Source: Diplonema japonicum (Eukaryota > Protista > Euglenozoa: Diplonemea). From it: a stretch of 64,000 bases of DNA. Shown here piece after piece: positions 14,401 to 25,885 of the stretch. Each line of letters starts with the position of its first letter. Position 1 is the stretch's first letter. A program made the translations under genes and the position numbers. The stretch lies in contig OZ025708.1 of the NCBI GenBank assembly GCA_964019335.1, forward strand, positions 124,001 to 188,000, written 5' to 3'. A model generated the notes under the pieces. It had not been told where the DNA came from. It worked only from the letters and a program-made list of their open reading frames with translations, and did not search any database.

Positions 14401-14501
14401 TTGTAGTTAGACACAGCCGAAGTGCCTAACACCAGATTGTAAGGGTTGTCAATCGTCGCAAGCATACTGCCCATGAAGGCAGTAGCAATGATGGTTGCCA
14501 T
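2423..14501 (-). CDS. Giant type I membrane protein (~3,927 aa): signal peptide, CAP/SCP (PR-1) domain, ~70 six-cysteine EGF-like repeats, Thr/Pro/Ala linkers, TM helix, short tail. 9 exons.
   Basis: Exons 14501-5733, 5693-5358, 5322-4954, 4918-4559, 4522-4166, 4124-3771, 3738-3400, 3357-3013, 2977-2423, joined by eight phase-0 GTATG..AG introns that keep frame. CAP motifs: HNEYRAKH, GENIA, GHMTQVVW, IGC, CNY..AGN. Repeat consensus DEC..PC..GQ.C.DP...DF.CTC...G...C. TM: LPIWVYILIALGVVGACAGGAFMVL. Confidence 0.88.
2978..5732 (-). other. Eight 32-42 nt spliceosomal introns in the giant gene: 2978-3012, 3358-3399, 3739-3770, 4125-4165, 4523-4558, 4919-4953, 5323-5357, 5694-5732
   Basis: All start GTATG and end CAG (one AAG). 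All are phase 0 and fall 2 codons after the last Cys of a repeat pair. Removing them joins the separate ORFs into one frame. Confidence 0.85.
6470..13460 (-). repeat. Coding tandem repeat array: ~288-bp two-module unit (10.15-13.4 kb) and ~290-294-bp unit (6.5-9.7 kb), with 864-bp and 876-bp higher-order repeats
   Basis: Near-identical DNA units are visible. The variant SSDECDAMPCG recurs 864 bp apart (ORFs 11042 vs 11906). The block with CYMDQTCSDPNPSFASQK recurs 876 bp apart (ORFs 7115 vs 7991). Confidence 0.9.
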
Positions 14502-14574
14502 AGTATGTAGCTTTTTTTTTTTTTTTCTTTTTTTTCTTCCTTCCTTTTTTTTTTTTTTTTTTTTTTAGATATAA

Positions 14575-14818
14575 AGGAAACGGCCCAAAAAATAAGCTTT
14601 GGAAACGCGTTTCTTTGCCAACATGCGTATGGGATTTTCGCATCAAAATTTCGCAGTTTAATCCTTTGGTTTTTGGGGGAAGGTCTAGGACAGGAAGCTC
14701 TTGATGGACGACAGAAACAGTGAATTACATAGTATTCACCTAGATTGTACTATTTCACACTGCGATAACTTACGAAAATACGCAAAAACCGATTCGTTTC
14801 ACAGCTATGCCTAGGGAG
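14575..14818. mobile_element. Possible decayed MITE-related fragment just upstream of the giant gene
   Basis: GGAAACGCGTTTCTTTGCCAACAT (14601-14624) resembles the right end of the 26.6-kb MITE (GGAAACGCGTTTCCATGCCAGCAT). Imperfect inverted pair at ~14624-14657/14759-14784. Ends GCTATGCCTAGGG. Confidence 0.35.
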
Positions 14819-15316
14819 GGGGATGATCAAAATTAATAATAATAATAAGAAGAAAAAAAAAATGAAAAATGCCAGAAAAAAAAAAAAAAAAGAAAAAAAA
14901 AAGAGGGATTTTTTTTTTTGTTTTCCTTCTTATTTTTTTTTTTTTTTTTTTTTTCCTGAAAGCTTGCTCGTTTGCATAGGAACCTTCCCCTCACCCCCCT
15001 TTTTTTTTTGTTATGGGAGAGGGTTTTTTTTCCCCTACTTCTTTTCTTCTCGAGCTTCATCTTCACTTTAGTCCTATTTTTGTCCCAGCACCCTTGTCCT
15101 AACTTGAGACAGGAATTTTTCTTTTTAAAAAAAAAGCGGGGAGAAGGAGGGGGAGAGAGAAAACAAAGAAGAAGAAGAAAAAAGAAAAAAGAAATAATAT
15201 GGAGGAGGAGGGGGGTGGAGGGGGAAATAATTAATTTTATGTTTCTCTCGTGCCCCACCCTTTTTCTTCTTCTTCTTCTTTTTCTTCTTCTTTTTTTTTC
15301 CCCCTTATCTCTCTCT

Positions 15317-15317
<1 letters not shown>

Positions 15318-15378
<61 letters not shown>
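15318..15378 (+). repeat. ~60-nt poly(A) run (poly(U) on the transcribed strand); candidate polypyrimidine tract between NOT4 and the giant gene
   Basis: The homopolymer is seen directly; its function is inferred. Confidence 0.6.
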
Positions 15379-15379
<1 letters not shown>

Positions 15380-15584
15380 GGGATGCGCAACTCACACAAA
15401 CTCCTCTATGAAATTTGCTTCAGCGCAACTAGTGTACTGCTTCTTCCCCCTCTTGCGCTGGAGGACAGGGAAAGAAAGAAGGAAAAAAAAAAAAAAAAAA
15501 AAAAAAAAAGCCTAAAAAAGGGGGTGGAGGGAAGAAAACATCAGAGGCGACAACACCTTCTTCACACGTAGCTGAAATACGTCA

Positions 15585-17685
15585 TCACGTGCTTGCTGCT
15601 CCCTGGGTAGGAAACCCCGGCAGCTGTGCCTGCGCCTGCGCCTGTGTTAATATACATTTCCCCACGCAACACATACCAGTCGTGGGTCAGCCATCTGGGG
15701 TGGAACTGGTATTGTGGGAATGCCCACCTGCGGTACGAACGCAAGGCCTGGCTGCAGTCCAGGCATCATGCCCAGCCCCAACATATTGATGTCCAAAGGC
15801 ATTTGCGTAGGCTGTGAATGTGTGTGCAGGTGCTATATTGTCGTCCATACCATGGCCATCGCTTCCTGTTGCCCGAAAACAGGCTGAACAGGGTTCAACC
15901 CCGGCATGCCCCATCCAGGTAACACGGGCATCTGCCCTGCTACCAACTGCGGCTCCTTGACCTCCTGTTGATCAAATTTCTGCGGTGTCCACCCTGTCGC
16001 CATGGGGTTCAGTCCATTACCGGACGTCTGCTGCGCTTTGGCAGGTGCCTGTGTGTTGGTGGTTTTCTTTCTTTTTTTTTTTTTTTTGCACAAACCTTGG
16101 GTATGTTCTGTTGTTGAGGAAGAGCTTGCGATGGGTCAGCTGCCCACATGGCGAGCCTGTTGTTGGATTGTTTGCTGAAACTTTTTTTTTTTTTCAATGC
16201 ACACCTGCTCCCACGTATTTCACACTCAGCAGCAGGTGCCTCATCTTTACGTTCAGACTCGGTGGGAACCTCAACAGGTGTCGCCTTCAGCTGAGTACGC
16301 TTCGCCTGTTGGGCACGCACAGCTTGGGAGGCCTTCTTTTTCTCGGCTTGGGCTCGCTGGGCTTCTGCTTCTGCTTCTGCCCTTGCCTCGGCCTCACGCG
16401 CGGCATCTTCTATCCCCTGTTCTTCCTGCTGCTGCATGAGCAGGATCCAGCTCTGTATGATGCCCTTGTAGTCAGCCGTGCGCTCCTTGCTGATGCCATC
16501 CCTTTCAGCCTCCTCTTTGAAGACGACGTTCTTCATCTTCTGTTGGTGTTCTGCCTTTTGTGCGTCGCTACGTGCCGACGCATTGCTCTTTGGCACCGTG
16601 CGCTTCCCAGAAGAGACGGACAGCACAGTGACAGCTGCTGCGGAGGCCCAGCTGTCATGCTGTTTGGTTTGCTTGCTGAGTTTCTTCTCGTTTGTTGATG
16701 ATGATTGCGGTGCTTTTGATTTGACTGCCTGAGCCTGAGCGGCGGCGGCGGGAGGTGCGGATACAGGTGCAGGTGTCGGGTCGGTGGGGGCGGGGGTTGC
16801 ACTGCTGTCCTGCGCTGCAAACCTCGCACCACCCCACACTGAGTTCGAGGGAAGAATAGACGCGCCAGGTTTAGTATTTCCGGCGGCAGCGGGTGCTGCT
16901 TGTGGGTTAGCAGGGTTCTTCTGTTGCAGCTTAGGTTTAGGGACAGGCGGGAAGCCTTGCTTCCTGGAGTTGGACTTGTTTCCTATGTGAGATGCGAGGA
17001 CAGGCTTTAAAGAGTGCTTGTCCTTGGGGACGTGATCCTCTTCAGCCGCCAGCGTGTGCTGAAAGGCACAGCGCTTCATGTAGCAAGCCGTGTTCCGTAT
17101 GAAGGCGGGGCAGTACCGGAGGACCACGTGGGAGGCACGCACGACCCTGTCGTTTGTCGTGCAGCCGTCGACGAGGCTGACCGCCTTAGAAGCATCGCCT
17201 GCGTTGACAAACGTGGCGTGCACTTCAGAGGTGGCTGCTGCCGTCGGGCCTTGTGTGATATTGATGTTAGTGATGGGTCCGTACTGTCCTAGGTAAGAGA
17301 AACCTTTCAAGGTGTCTTCGTTGGCTATCCTCTTTGGGACGCCGGTGAGGTGTACGACCTTGCGCCGCACGACCAGCAGACCTTCAAGCCTCTTACGCGA
17401 AGTGTCGGGACCTGCCACCTTCTTGATCTTCAGCACCGATTCGTTGTACTCCCTTCTGCACCCAGGGCACTTCGCCTTTTCGTTGACCTGGCTGCTCTCG
17501 TCCCTTATTTTATGAAAACACCATATGCACAACCTGAATCCGCACCTGCATGGTTTGAACTTTACGTCATCACCGTCCATAAGCCCAGCGCATATGATGC
17601 ACTCAGTGGCTCCCTCATTGAGCAGCAGCTGCTCCTCCGTTCTCTCCTGCCGTAGTTTCGTCGACTGTTTCACTGTCTCTGTCAT
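15585..17685 (-). CDS. NOT4: CCR4-NOT subunit 4 (NOT4/CNOT4) RING-RRM E3 ligase, ~643 aa, 5 exons
   Basis: C4C4 RING CIICAG..FKPCRCGFRLCIWCFHKI..CPGCRREY, then RRM (VHLTGVPKRIANEDTLK..YLGQYGPI) and RYCPAFIRNTAC..C.FQH. Exons 17685-16205, 16156-16096, 16048-15851, 15811-15677, 15641-15585. Confidence 0.85.
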
Positions 17686-17866
17686 CTTTTTTTTTTGTCC
17701 GTCCTGTGAAAAAATAGTTTGTAAATGCAAACAAAGGCACCTTTTTAAAAAGAAGAAAATGCTTCTAGGACAACGCTCTAAATCCTTACTGACGACAAAA
17801 CGGAAGTATAGACGGTTAAGGCAAGGGAGCTCAGGCAAGGGAGGTTAAAGCAGTATGCCGACAGCA

Positions 17867-20800
17867 TCAACCGTTGTCTCTGCTGTCGGTAGGCGGTGAT
17901 GACGTCTCGGCGAAGTATTCCATGGCAGGGTGAAGGTCCGGGAGGGGAATCCTCTTGCTGAGCTGGAAGAAGTAGGCAGGCGGCTGCTTGTGATGGTTGT
18001 TCCCGAGCATTGTTTTCAGCGCCTGCAGCGGAGTCGTGGTGTCGTCAGCGGTGACAGGCGGCGGCGTTGCCACGAGCTTATCCTTGATGAAGTCCACAAT
18101 CGAGGACAGACTAATCTCACTCTGCAGGATAGTCCTGTTTTCTGCCTCCCCGTAGCACAACAGCACTAACGTGGGGAACAGCACATGCTTGTAGGACGTC
18201 GAGAAGTACGCAACTGGTAAGTTGCACAGCAGTGACAAGATAGGGGTCTTCCCCCACCTGAACAGCTCTTTCGTCTCGTTGTTTCGCATCCCGCAGTACC
18301 CGATGAACAGCAAGAGTTCGTGCAGCACGGAGCGCAGCATAGGCGTGCGGCGGATCTCATGCGCTTGAGGCAGCTGCTGCTCAAACGTCGCTTTGTTGTT
18401 GAGGTCCTCCAGCGCGCCTGCGTGCTCGCACACCACGCGGATCAAGTGCGTCACAACATGTGGAAACTCCATGTAGTCATGCTTCACCTTGCCCTGCACG
18501 AGCTCGATGTTGCTGCGTGTGATGATGTTCAGCAGTTTAAGCACTGCGAAGGCTACGCACAACACTTCATTTGACGGCAGCTCTAGCGCCCCTGATATGT
18601 CCTCAACCATGTACCCCCGCACGGGTGATACAGTGGCTGCGTTGGACCTCTTCAGTAGGTCCCGAAGACGGAGGAGATCCACGAGCAGTTGGAAACACGC
18701 CTCGATCTGCAGTGCTAGCCAGTCCTGGTTTTGTTGAACGGCCACCAGGTTGATCAGCATTGATACGCACGTGAAGTATAAATCCAGTGTCTGGCCCTCC
18801 GCGGGGTGCCGCAAGATCAAGATCGCCCTGCACAGGTGTCCCAGGCCACATGCGTCGCAGTGGGAGTGGACCACATTCTTCACGTCCGCCACACATTGAT
18901 CACTGTTCACAGACTCCAAACATGTTGCGACGCCGTTCAGTAACGGTAGTGCCTCGAATATGGTAGGCATGTCGCCACGTTCAAGAACACCCTTTACCAC
19001 TTCGATCACCGGCAGTAACCCACCTACGCGGACAAAGTGCACTGTGTTCCGAGCATCGGCAGTGAGCAGGAATGATAAGATGCTGGCCACAGGTGCCAGA
19101 AGTTGCATCTTCTCGCCCGTCTTCTCCTTTACCTGTCGGTATTCCTCGTTCAGCAGCTTGCCCAGCAACTCCATCCCGTGGTTGGCACGCAAATACGCGT
19201 ATTCCTGTGTGGTTGTGTTTTGTTATTCCCCTTATCACACCTGTTGCACGGCTGTCATGCCGTCTCGCACAGACGAGTGTGACTTGGTTGCCGCCTTGTC
19301 GTGCACTCCTAGCATGTTAGACAGCTCGGTGAGGACGCTCCTGCTCTGAACCAGCCTGCCTGACTGCAAAATAGTCCTGAAGGTAAGTGGGTAGTGGTGT
19401 GTGCGGACATACTTGAGCTTGTTGAGGGGTCTTGACAGACGTGATTTCGTCTCGACGGCCTCCTGACACTTCTCGCTGTACCCTTGGCCGAGCTTTTCCA
19501 TTGTGAGGGTGATGCGCACAATGCGCTTGCGGTTCTTGGCTGTCTCTTCCCATCCGCTTTCCTTGAGCACGTCTTTGATGGTCTTTGGCTCTGGTTCCGT
19601 GCCTTTGCGCTCCAGTACTTCCTGGTACTTTTCCTTTTCGCGCTCTGCCTTTGCTTTCATGCGCTCCTTCTCTTTCGCGAGCTTCGCGGCGCTGCTTGTC
19701 ATCTTGTCGTTGTGCTTCCGTGTCACCTCTCCTTCTCGCTCTTGCGCCGCTTCTTTCTGCCCTGCTACTTTCTTCGCATACTCCTCTGCTTTCTTCTCTC
19801 TCTGAACAGCCTCCAGTCTTTTAACCTCGTCTGCTCTGGCCATCTGCTCTTCCTTCTTCTTCATGTTCTCTTGTTGCTTCTTCTCCCTCTCGTCGTCGAG
19901 CTTCTTCTTTCTCTCCATCACCGCTTGGTAGTTACCCTCTCGTGCGTGTGCCTTGTCCCTCTCCAGGCTCACTTTTTGTTCGTCCTTGACAGCCTTCTTC
20001 ACCTCCCTCTGCTTCAGCTCGTACGCCTGTTATGTTTGATGTTGCGATGTGTGCACCATACCTTCTCTTCTCTATGATGGTTCATCAGGAATACTGTTTC
20101 GCCCACTCGCTCGTTCGAGGACCTGGCCTTCTCTTCCTTCTTCCGTGTTTCCTGATACGCGCGTTGTTCTGCTGCCTCGTGGCGTTTCTCTAGGCCAAGC
20201 TTCTTCTTCTCGCTCTGCAGCTCCATCTTGTACTTGGCTGCCGTGATCTTGCTTTCGGTGGTAATGTGACGCTGTTGCTTTTCCTGACCCAAGACGGCGC
20301 GTCTGGCGGCTGCACGTGCTTGCTTGGCTTCAATGTCCCTGTGGTCGATACGTGTCTTGTCAGGCGACACCCACGGGTCATTCTTGCGCCGCTGCTTGCC
20401 GGGACTGAGGGTTGTCATGATCACCTCTGACAGGCACTTGGCGGTTCTGCTGTCCCTGTCGCTGTCGTAGCTGCCAAAGTCGCTCTCCAGCTTCGGCGGC
20501 CCCTCGTCGTCGCTGGAAAAGTCAGCTGTCTCAAAGACAGGTGTCAGGACCTCTTCAGACTCGTCGAGCTGTGGCGGCTCCTCTGTGTCGTCATCGGTTT
20601 TCTCTGCATTGCTCTCGGGACCCTTTTCGAGTTGGGAGCTTGTTGTTTCTATGCATTCTGCCTCTGGTTCCTTCTCCCCTGTTTGCTCTTCGACTGTCTT
20701 TGTCTCTGCCTCCTTCTCTGATTCCTTCTCATTCCCTGTATCTTCTTCGACAATTTTTGCCTCTGTCTCCAGTTCCTTCTCCTTTTCTGCCTTTTTTTCG

Positions 20801-22407
20801 ACAGTCCTCGCCACTGGCTCTGTCTCTGGCTCCTTCTCTGACTCTTCTTCGACTGTTTTTGTCTCCTTCTCCTTCTCTGATTCCTCTTTGACAGTCTTTG
20901 ACTCTGCCTCTTTCTCTGACTCTTCTTCGACAGTTTTTACCTCTGCTGCTGGCTCCTTCTCTTTCTCTGACTCTTCTTTGACAGTTTTTGTCTCTATCTC
21001 CGGCGCTTTCTCCCTTTCTGAATCTTCTTCAACAACAGTCTTTGCCTCTGTCTCTGGTTCTTTTTCTTGCACTTCGGGCGTAGTGTCACCGGTAGGTGCT
21101 TCTGTTGCAACCTCTTCAGCTTGCTTCGGGGGTTCCTCTTTCCTGACTTCGGGTCTTACCTCAGCGAGTTCTTTAGCTCTAGCGTCTTCTGCCTTGGCAG
21201 CCTTCTTCAGTGCATTCCTCTGTCTTTTGTTCAGTTTCTGCACAGGCTCTTCCTTTTTGGTTTCTTCCATAGGAATAGATACGGCTTCCTTCTCTGCAGG
21301 TTTGGGTTTCAATTCCTCCTTCTGCGCTGCAGTCTCCTGCCTCTTTAGCTCTTCTATTTGCCGCTGTTTCAGTTTCTCTTCCTTTTTCTGCTGAAGCTGT
21401 TGCTGCCGCTGTTGCTTTGCGTTCGCTTTTGGAGCGGGTTTAGGTTTTTTAGCCACGTCCGCGGGTTCCCTTCCTTTTTCTTTTGTTTCATCGGTTTTCT
21501 GTTTCTCCCCTTTCTCCCCGTTGTTGTCTGTCTCTATCTCCTTCTCCGCTGGAGAGGTCTCCCCCACCCCCACCACCGTGACGTGGCGATTTTGTTGCTT
21601 GGGTTCCTCTTTTGATTTTTGCGTTGGGGCGAGAAGTGCCTCACTGGCAGCTTGGATAGCCTCGGGATCAAGGTGTGGGGGTGGAAGCTCGCGGGGGAGC
21701 TTTTTGAACGGTCTCCTGTCTTTCGGTGGCGATACGGACATCTTGCAGAATCTTTCAGGCGGGACAGTGAAGTCCATCTCCTCCTCATCGTCGTACCAAC
21801 TGAACTTGGAGCGCACCTTGTCGCGTTGAAGTGCAGCGACAGGCGGTGGTGGGGAGGTCGGTGTGTTCCCACCCTTGGAACTGGTGGTGGGTGATTTGGG
21901 TTTTCGTGGTGTTGTGGGATAAGGAAGCTGCCCTGGTACACGAATCCCCCTGCCCCTACCCCAAGGAGGGATAATGATGTGATTGCAAGCAATGCCTTGT
22001 GGAGAAGGGGCGGTTGGTTTTGACTTTGTCAAAACGGGTTGTTTGGGTGAAGGTTTCGACCTCGCTTGGCGGGCTTGGTGTGCGTGCTCTCGTTTAAAAT
22101 TTACTTGCAGGTGTTTAAGCTCCTTCAAAGATTCTTCGAGAAGAGGGACGATTTCGTCCGTTAAGCAGTTATCTGTCTTTGCAGCCTCAAGAACCTGCTG
22201 CAATGCGTGTTTCATGTTCTTCACCCGTGCCTTGCCAGTGGGTATTGCCACACCGCACAACGCCGTTCCGCTCCCTTTTGGTGTCACGGAACGGGTTTTC
22301 TTCGCCTCTTCGTCGGCTTCGTGTGGCACTCTCCATGACACTAGGTTTTTATTCTCCAGTTTCTTCTCTATCCGCGTAGAGCTGTCCCATTGGGACCCTT
22401 TAAGCAT
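17867..22407 (-). CDS. SCAPER: SCAPER-like protein (S-phase cyclin A-associated protein in the ER), ~1,477 aa, 4 exons
   Basis: C-terminus LHELLLFIGY..N..KELFRWGKTPILSLLCNLPVAYFS..HVLFPTL..CY..ENRTILQSEIS matches the SCAPER C-terminal pattern; central charged coiled coil. Exons 22407-20062, 20026-19413, 19376-19241, 19204-17867. Confidence 0.7.
20640..21070 (-). repeat. Degenerate coding tandem repeat (KTVEEESEKEPE-like, E/K-rich) in the SCAPER-like gene
   Basis: About 8 imperfect copies of (T)KTV(E/K)EES(E)KE in the translation. Confidence 0.7.
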
Positions 22408-22816
22408 GGTTTGTAGTTAAATTTGTAGCGAAGGGGGGTCTCCCCCTTTTTTTTTTTGTGAGTTGTGGTTTTAGTAGAGTGGAGGGTTGAAAAAAAAAAG
22501 AGAAAAATAAAAAAGTTTTAAAAAAAGAATTGCAAAGGGAAAAAAAAAAAGGCGATGTTTTAGGGCAAATCCCATGAGGACGGACCGACCACTAGAAAAA
22601 AAATAAAGGGGGGAGTGGGAAAAGTGTGAGCACAACAACAAAAAATATAGGGGCGGCGGTGAAAGGATCAAAAACTTCATTAAAAAAAAGAAGAAATGGG
22701 AAAAGGGGGAAGGTCCCATTTTTTTTTGTTCCCCCCTTTTTTTTCCCTCGTTCTTTTTCCACTTGTCCCCCCCCCCCCCCACCGTGCATATTGTTTTCAT
22801 CCCCCCCCTTCTCTTT

Positions 22817-22887
22817 CTACTGCGCCTTCTTGTCGGCCTTGATAGCCTTAACGTTAGCAGCCCGCATTTCTTTGAGTGCCTTTTCTT

Positions 22888-22931
<44 letters not shown>

Positions 22932-23459
22932 CACGCATACCTTTTTGACGTGCTTGCTTTCCTTCCCCAACATCTTTGAGAAGTCCATAGGGTTTTTCTG
23001 CTCCCACGGAATGGGGAGCTCCTTCTCGTCCTTCCCACTGATGTGGATGGCAAAGAGATTGCAGTCATACACCTGCTGAGGGTTCAAGAGACACTGCATG
23101 CAGAGAGGAGGGATCAACCTCCACTTCATGAACAGAAGGTTGACTATCACAGTGGATAACGCCAGCTTGCCCATGAGCGCCCACAGCTCCCCAAGGTGGT
23201 ACTCCTCAACAGTGGTTGAGTAGGGAGTGGGTTCAGTCGATGGGTCTTGCCCCAGCCCGGGAGACTTTACCGCTTGTACAACTGTCTTGTTCGCAGCCAT
23301 CTTGATCTTGAAGAACATCCCCAGCATGACCACCCAGCACAGGCTCTGCACGATAAAGTAGGTGTTCCTGACAAGCATGACATTGGACTCATCTGTAAAA
23401 TCCACAACCTGCACCATGGCGTAGACGCCAAGGAACTTGCCTATGTTTGACATCGACAT
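22817..23459 (-). CDS. Pho88/SND3-family ER membrane protein, ~197 aa, 2 exons
   Basis: Pho88-like layout (VRNTYFIVQ, TTVEEYHL.EL, KW..IPPL.MQ..LNP..VYD..LF.IHI.GK...L..PW). Intron 22892-22940; last exon SQEKALKEMRAANVKAIKADKKAQ*. Confidence 0.72.
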
Positions 23460-23567
23460 CTTTTTTTTCTTTTTTTTGTTCCCCACTTTTGAAAATAGTT
23501 GGGATTTTGCGTTGTGCGGTTGTCGGAACAGAAAGAGATGAAAAGCTTCCCCCCCCCCCCCCCCCCC

Positions 23568-25154
23568 CTAGTCCATGATTGATACCGCTCTGAGCACCTC
23601 GTCGATGTTGACCCCGCAGGGGAGCTCCAAAGAGGCTGCTACGGTTCGCGCTCCGAATGGATCTTCACCGAGCTGTGTCTGCGTCCTGTCACGGAGCCCC
23701 GGGACGCCCATCGCCCTTTGAACAGGTTTCATGGTGTCCACAATGGACACAAAGGCGTCAGCGACGTACCAGTCGAGTGTGTGGAGTGGAATGTGCCGTC
23801 TTCTGGGAACCTGTGCATGGGGGAATGACACAGGCGGTGGGTAGGGGGTTTTAAAGTTGTGTGCCTCAAGCTGAGCCCTATATATATCGAGGTACTGCAG
23901 AGGTGGTGGTGTTGTGACTGCGCCCACTGTAGGGAGGTAGTCGGGGGGTTGGGCTATGCCGTCTTCCCGTGCCACTGCGTTCCACACAGATGCCAGGATC
24001 TGTCGCTCGATAGCAGCGATCCAACCCTGTTCTTTGAATATCTCCCCCGCCTCCTCAACATCCCACCTGGTGGCGAACAGGTCCCCTAGCACAGCGAACC
24101 CCACGCCGCTTAGTTTCGATTTTACGATCTTTCCCTTGTTCCAGTTTTTGAAGTGTCGTGCTTCGCATAGATGCCGCGCGGCTTTGAAATCCGCGCCCTG
24201 CAGCCCTTCAAGAATGCTTTTGAACAGCTCCGAGTAATCGACGGCACCGTCGGGCCGCCAGCCGCCTGCCATGCGGGTGGCGCAGGACCCGAACTGAACC
24301 TGCCGTGGGGAGTAGATGTTCGGCACGGTGCACCGCTCGTCGCGTGCTTTGAACATTCTGGCATCGACACCATCCTCCCCCTCCATGGTGGGGTACTTCA
24401 TGGTTGCAAGGTAGCTGTTCCCTGGTACATGCGGAGCAGCACTCTTCACGGCGGTTCCAATTGTTTCAACCATCTCGAGTGCAGCAGGTTTGTGACCTGT
24501 CCTGTAACTAACCATCTGGATGACATCTGTCTCGTCGACCATGTCCCCATCGCTGGAGGGTGGCACCGTGGCGACAAGATGGTCGGATGGGCGGAGCACG
24601 ACGCCAGCCTGTGTCCGCAGCACGACCGTGGTCCACTCAGCTCGTGTATTGCTAGTAGGGGTGGGGACAGTGACAACCACTTCCTGAAGGGACAGCTGTG
24701 CTATCCGTCGTTCACTAGCGTCGTCCCCCGCAGGGTGTGCCTCCTTGCTGCGTGTCCTCAGCTTCTCGGGAATAACATTTTCCCACACCCGCTGCCGTCT
24801 TTCTTTCTCCCTCTCCTGCTCTGCTTGCCACATGCCGTCCGGTGTTGGCATCTCGACGATCTTGTCCCTCTCCTCGTGCAGCACGAGGTCCTCCGGTAAT
24901 CCAAACCCGCCAGCTAAGTAGTCCTGCAGCGGCATTTTCCTAATAGCTCGGTTCTCGTACGGGTCCACCTCGGACTTCCTACGAGGGGCTTGCTGGCGGT
25001 GCCTCCTCCGGGTGACAGGCACGCTGAAGGGCTTCCATTCCGTGTCCGTGTTTGCTTTCCAGCTCACCCCGCTCGTCTGCAGCTTCGGCTTCCCCGAACT
25101 GGGGAGGGAAGGTTTCGGGATGAACACCCTCCGAGCCACCTGGGTGCGCCTCAT
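23568..25154 (-). CDS. 528-aa protein with probable mitochondrial presequence; divergent TruD/Pus7-like fold suspected
   Basis: Intact ORF with Arg-rich N-terminus. VPNIYSPRQVQFG, ILASVWNAVARE and SLELPCGVNIDEVLRAV resemble the TruD motifs FPNYFGxQRFG, QSYLWNxxLSxR and FxLPxGxYATxxLREL. Confidence 0.5.
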   Translation of the reverse strand: MRRTQVARRVFIPKPSLPSSGKPKLQTSGVSWKANTDTEWKPFSVPVTRRRHRQQAPRRKSEVDPYENRAIRKMPLQDYLAGGFGLPEDLVLHEERDKIVEMPTPDGMWQAEQEREKERRQRVWENVIPEKLRTRSKEAHPAGDDASERRIAQLSLQEVVVTVPTPTSNTRAEWTTVVLRTQAGVVLRPSDHLVATVPPSSDGDMVDETDVIQMVSYRTGHKPAALEMVETIGTAVKSAAPHVPGNSYLATMKYPTMEGEDGVDARMFKARDERCTVPNIYSPRQVQFGSCATRMAGGWRPDGAVDYSELFKSILEGLQGADFKAARHLCEARHFKNWNKGKIVKSKLSGVGFAVLGDLFATRWDVEEAGEIFKEQGWIAAIERQILASVWNAVAREDGIAQPPDYLPTVGAVTTPPPLQYLDIYRAQLEAHNFKTPYPPPVSFPHAQVPRRRHIPLHTLDWYVADAFVSIVDTMKPVQRAMGVPGLRDRTQTQLGEDPFGARTVAASLELPCGVNIDEVLRAVSIMD

Positions 25155-25228
25155 GCCATGTAACTGTGGGGGTTAAGGGGGGGGGAAGAAGCAAGTAAAC
25201 AACAAGGGTAACTATTGGTAACGGGTAA

Positions 25229-25885
25229 CTACTCTGCCTGCACGTCTATGGGGTCTATCTTCATCGCCTCAACACGTTGGGAGTGCTTGTAGTGGAAGGC
25301 GTTCACCTTCACGGCAAGGTAGTAGACCGAGGCGACGAGGAGGTACCCCAACACAGAGAAACCGTGCGACTCGACGAGCAAGGAGTAAGCTTGGTTGCGC
25401 ACAAAGACGGGTGTGTGCTGCTGCTGTTGCTGCTGCTGCGACAACTGCGTCGTGTTTCCCCCTTGGGCTTGGGCTTGGGCTTGGGCTTGGGCTTGTGCTT
25501 GTGCTACGGTTGTATTTGTGGTGCTGGCTAGTTTTGTGCTGTTTGTCACCTTCGCCGGTTCTTTTGTTTGTTTCTCAATTTTGCCAACTTCTGTGCCTGC
25601 GTTGCTCGATTCGCCTTCTGTTTGCTTTGCTGTTGTCCCCATGTTCGTGTCCATCGCTGCTGCTTCTGGCTTTTTGGTTTCTTCCTTTTTCGGGGTTTCC
25701 TCCGTCTTCATGCTGTGCGCCGCCCCTGCAACAGTAGTAGTGGTGGTTGTGTCCTTCCCTTCTATCGTGTAGGAGGGGACGAACTCCAGGGAGGAGATGT
25801 GGTGGAACATCACCACCAACACCATCAGCATCACAGCACCCCCCATGCGCACGGGGCCTGGCATCGCCGGGTGGTCGTCCTCCAT
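25229..25885 (-). CDS. Hypothetical membrane protein (218 aa): two hydrophobic segments flanking a Thr/Gln/Ala low-complexity region
   Basis: ATG at 25885 after an A-rich leader. TMs GAVMLMVLVVMF and FSVLGYLLVASVYYLAV. (AQ)n and poly-Q tracts. Confidence 0.65.
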   Translation of the reverse strand: MEDDHPAMPGPVRMGGAVMLMVLVVMFHHISSLEFVPSYTIEGKDTTTTTTVAGAAHSMKTEETPKKEETKKPEAAAMDTNMGTTAKQTEGESSNAGTEVGKIEKQTKEPAKVTNSTKLASTTNTTVAQAQAQAQAQAQAQGGNTTQLSQQQQQQQHTPVFVRNQAYSLLVESHGFSVLGYLLVASVYYLAVKVNAFHYKHSQRVEAMKIDPIDVQAE

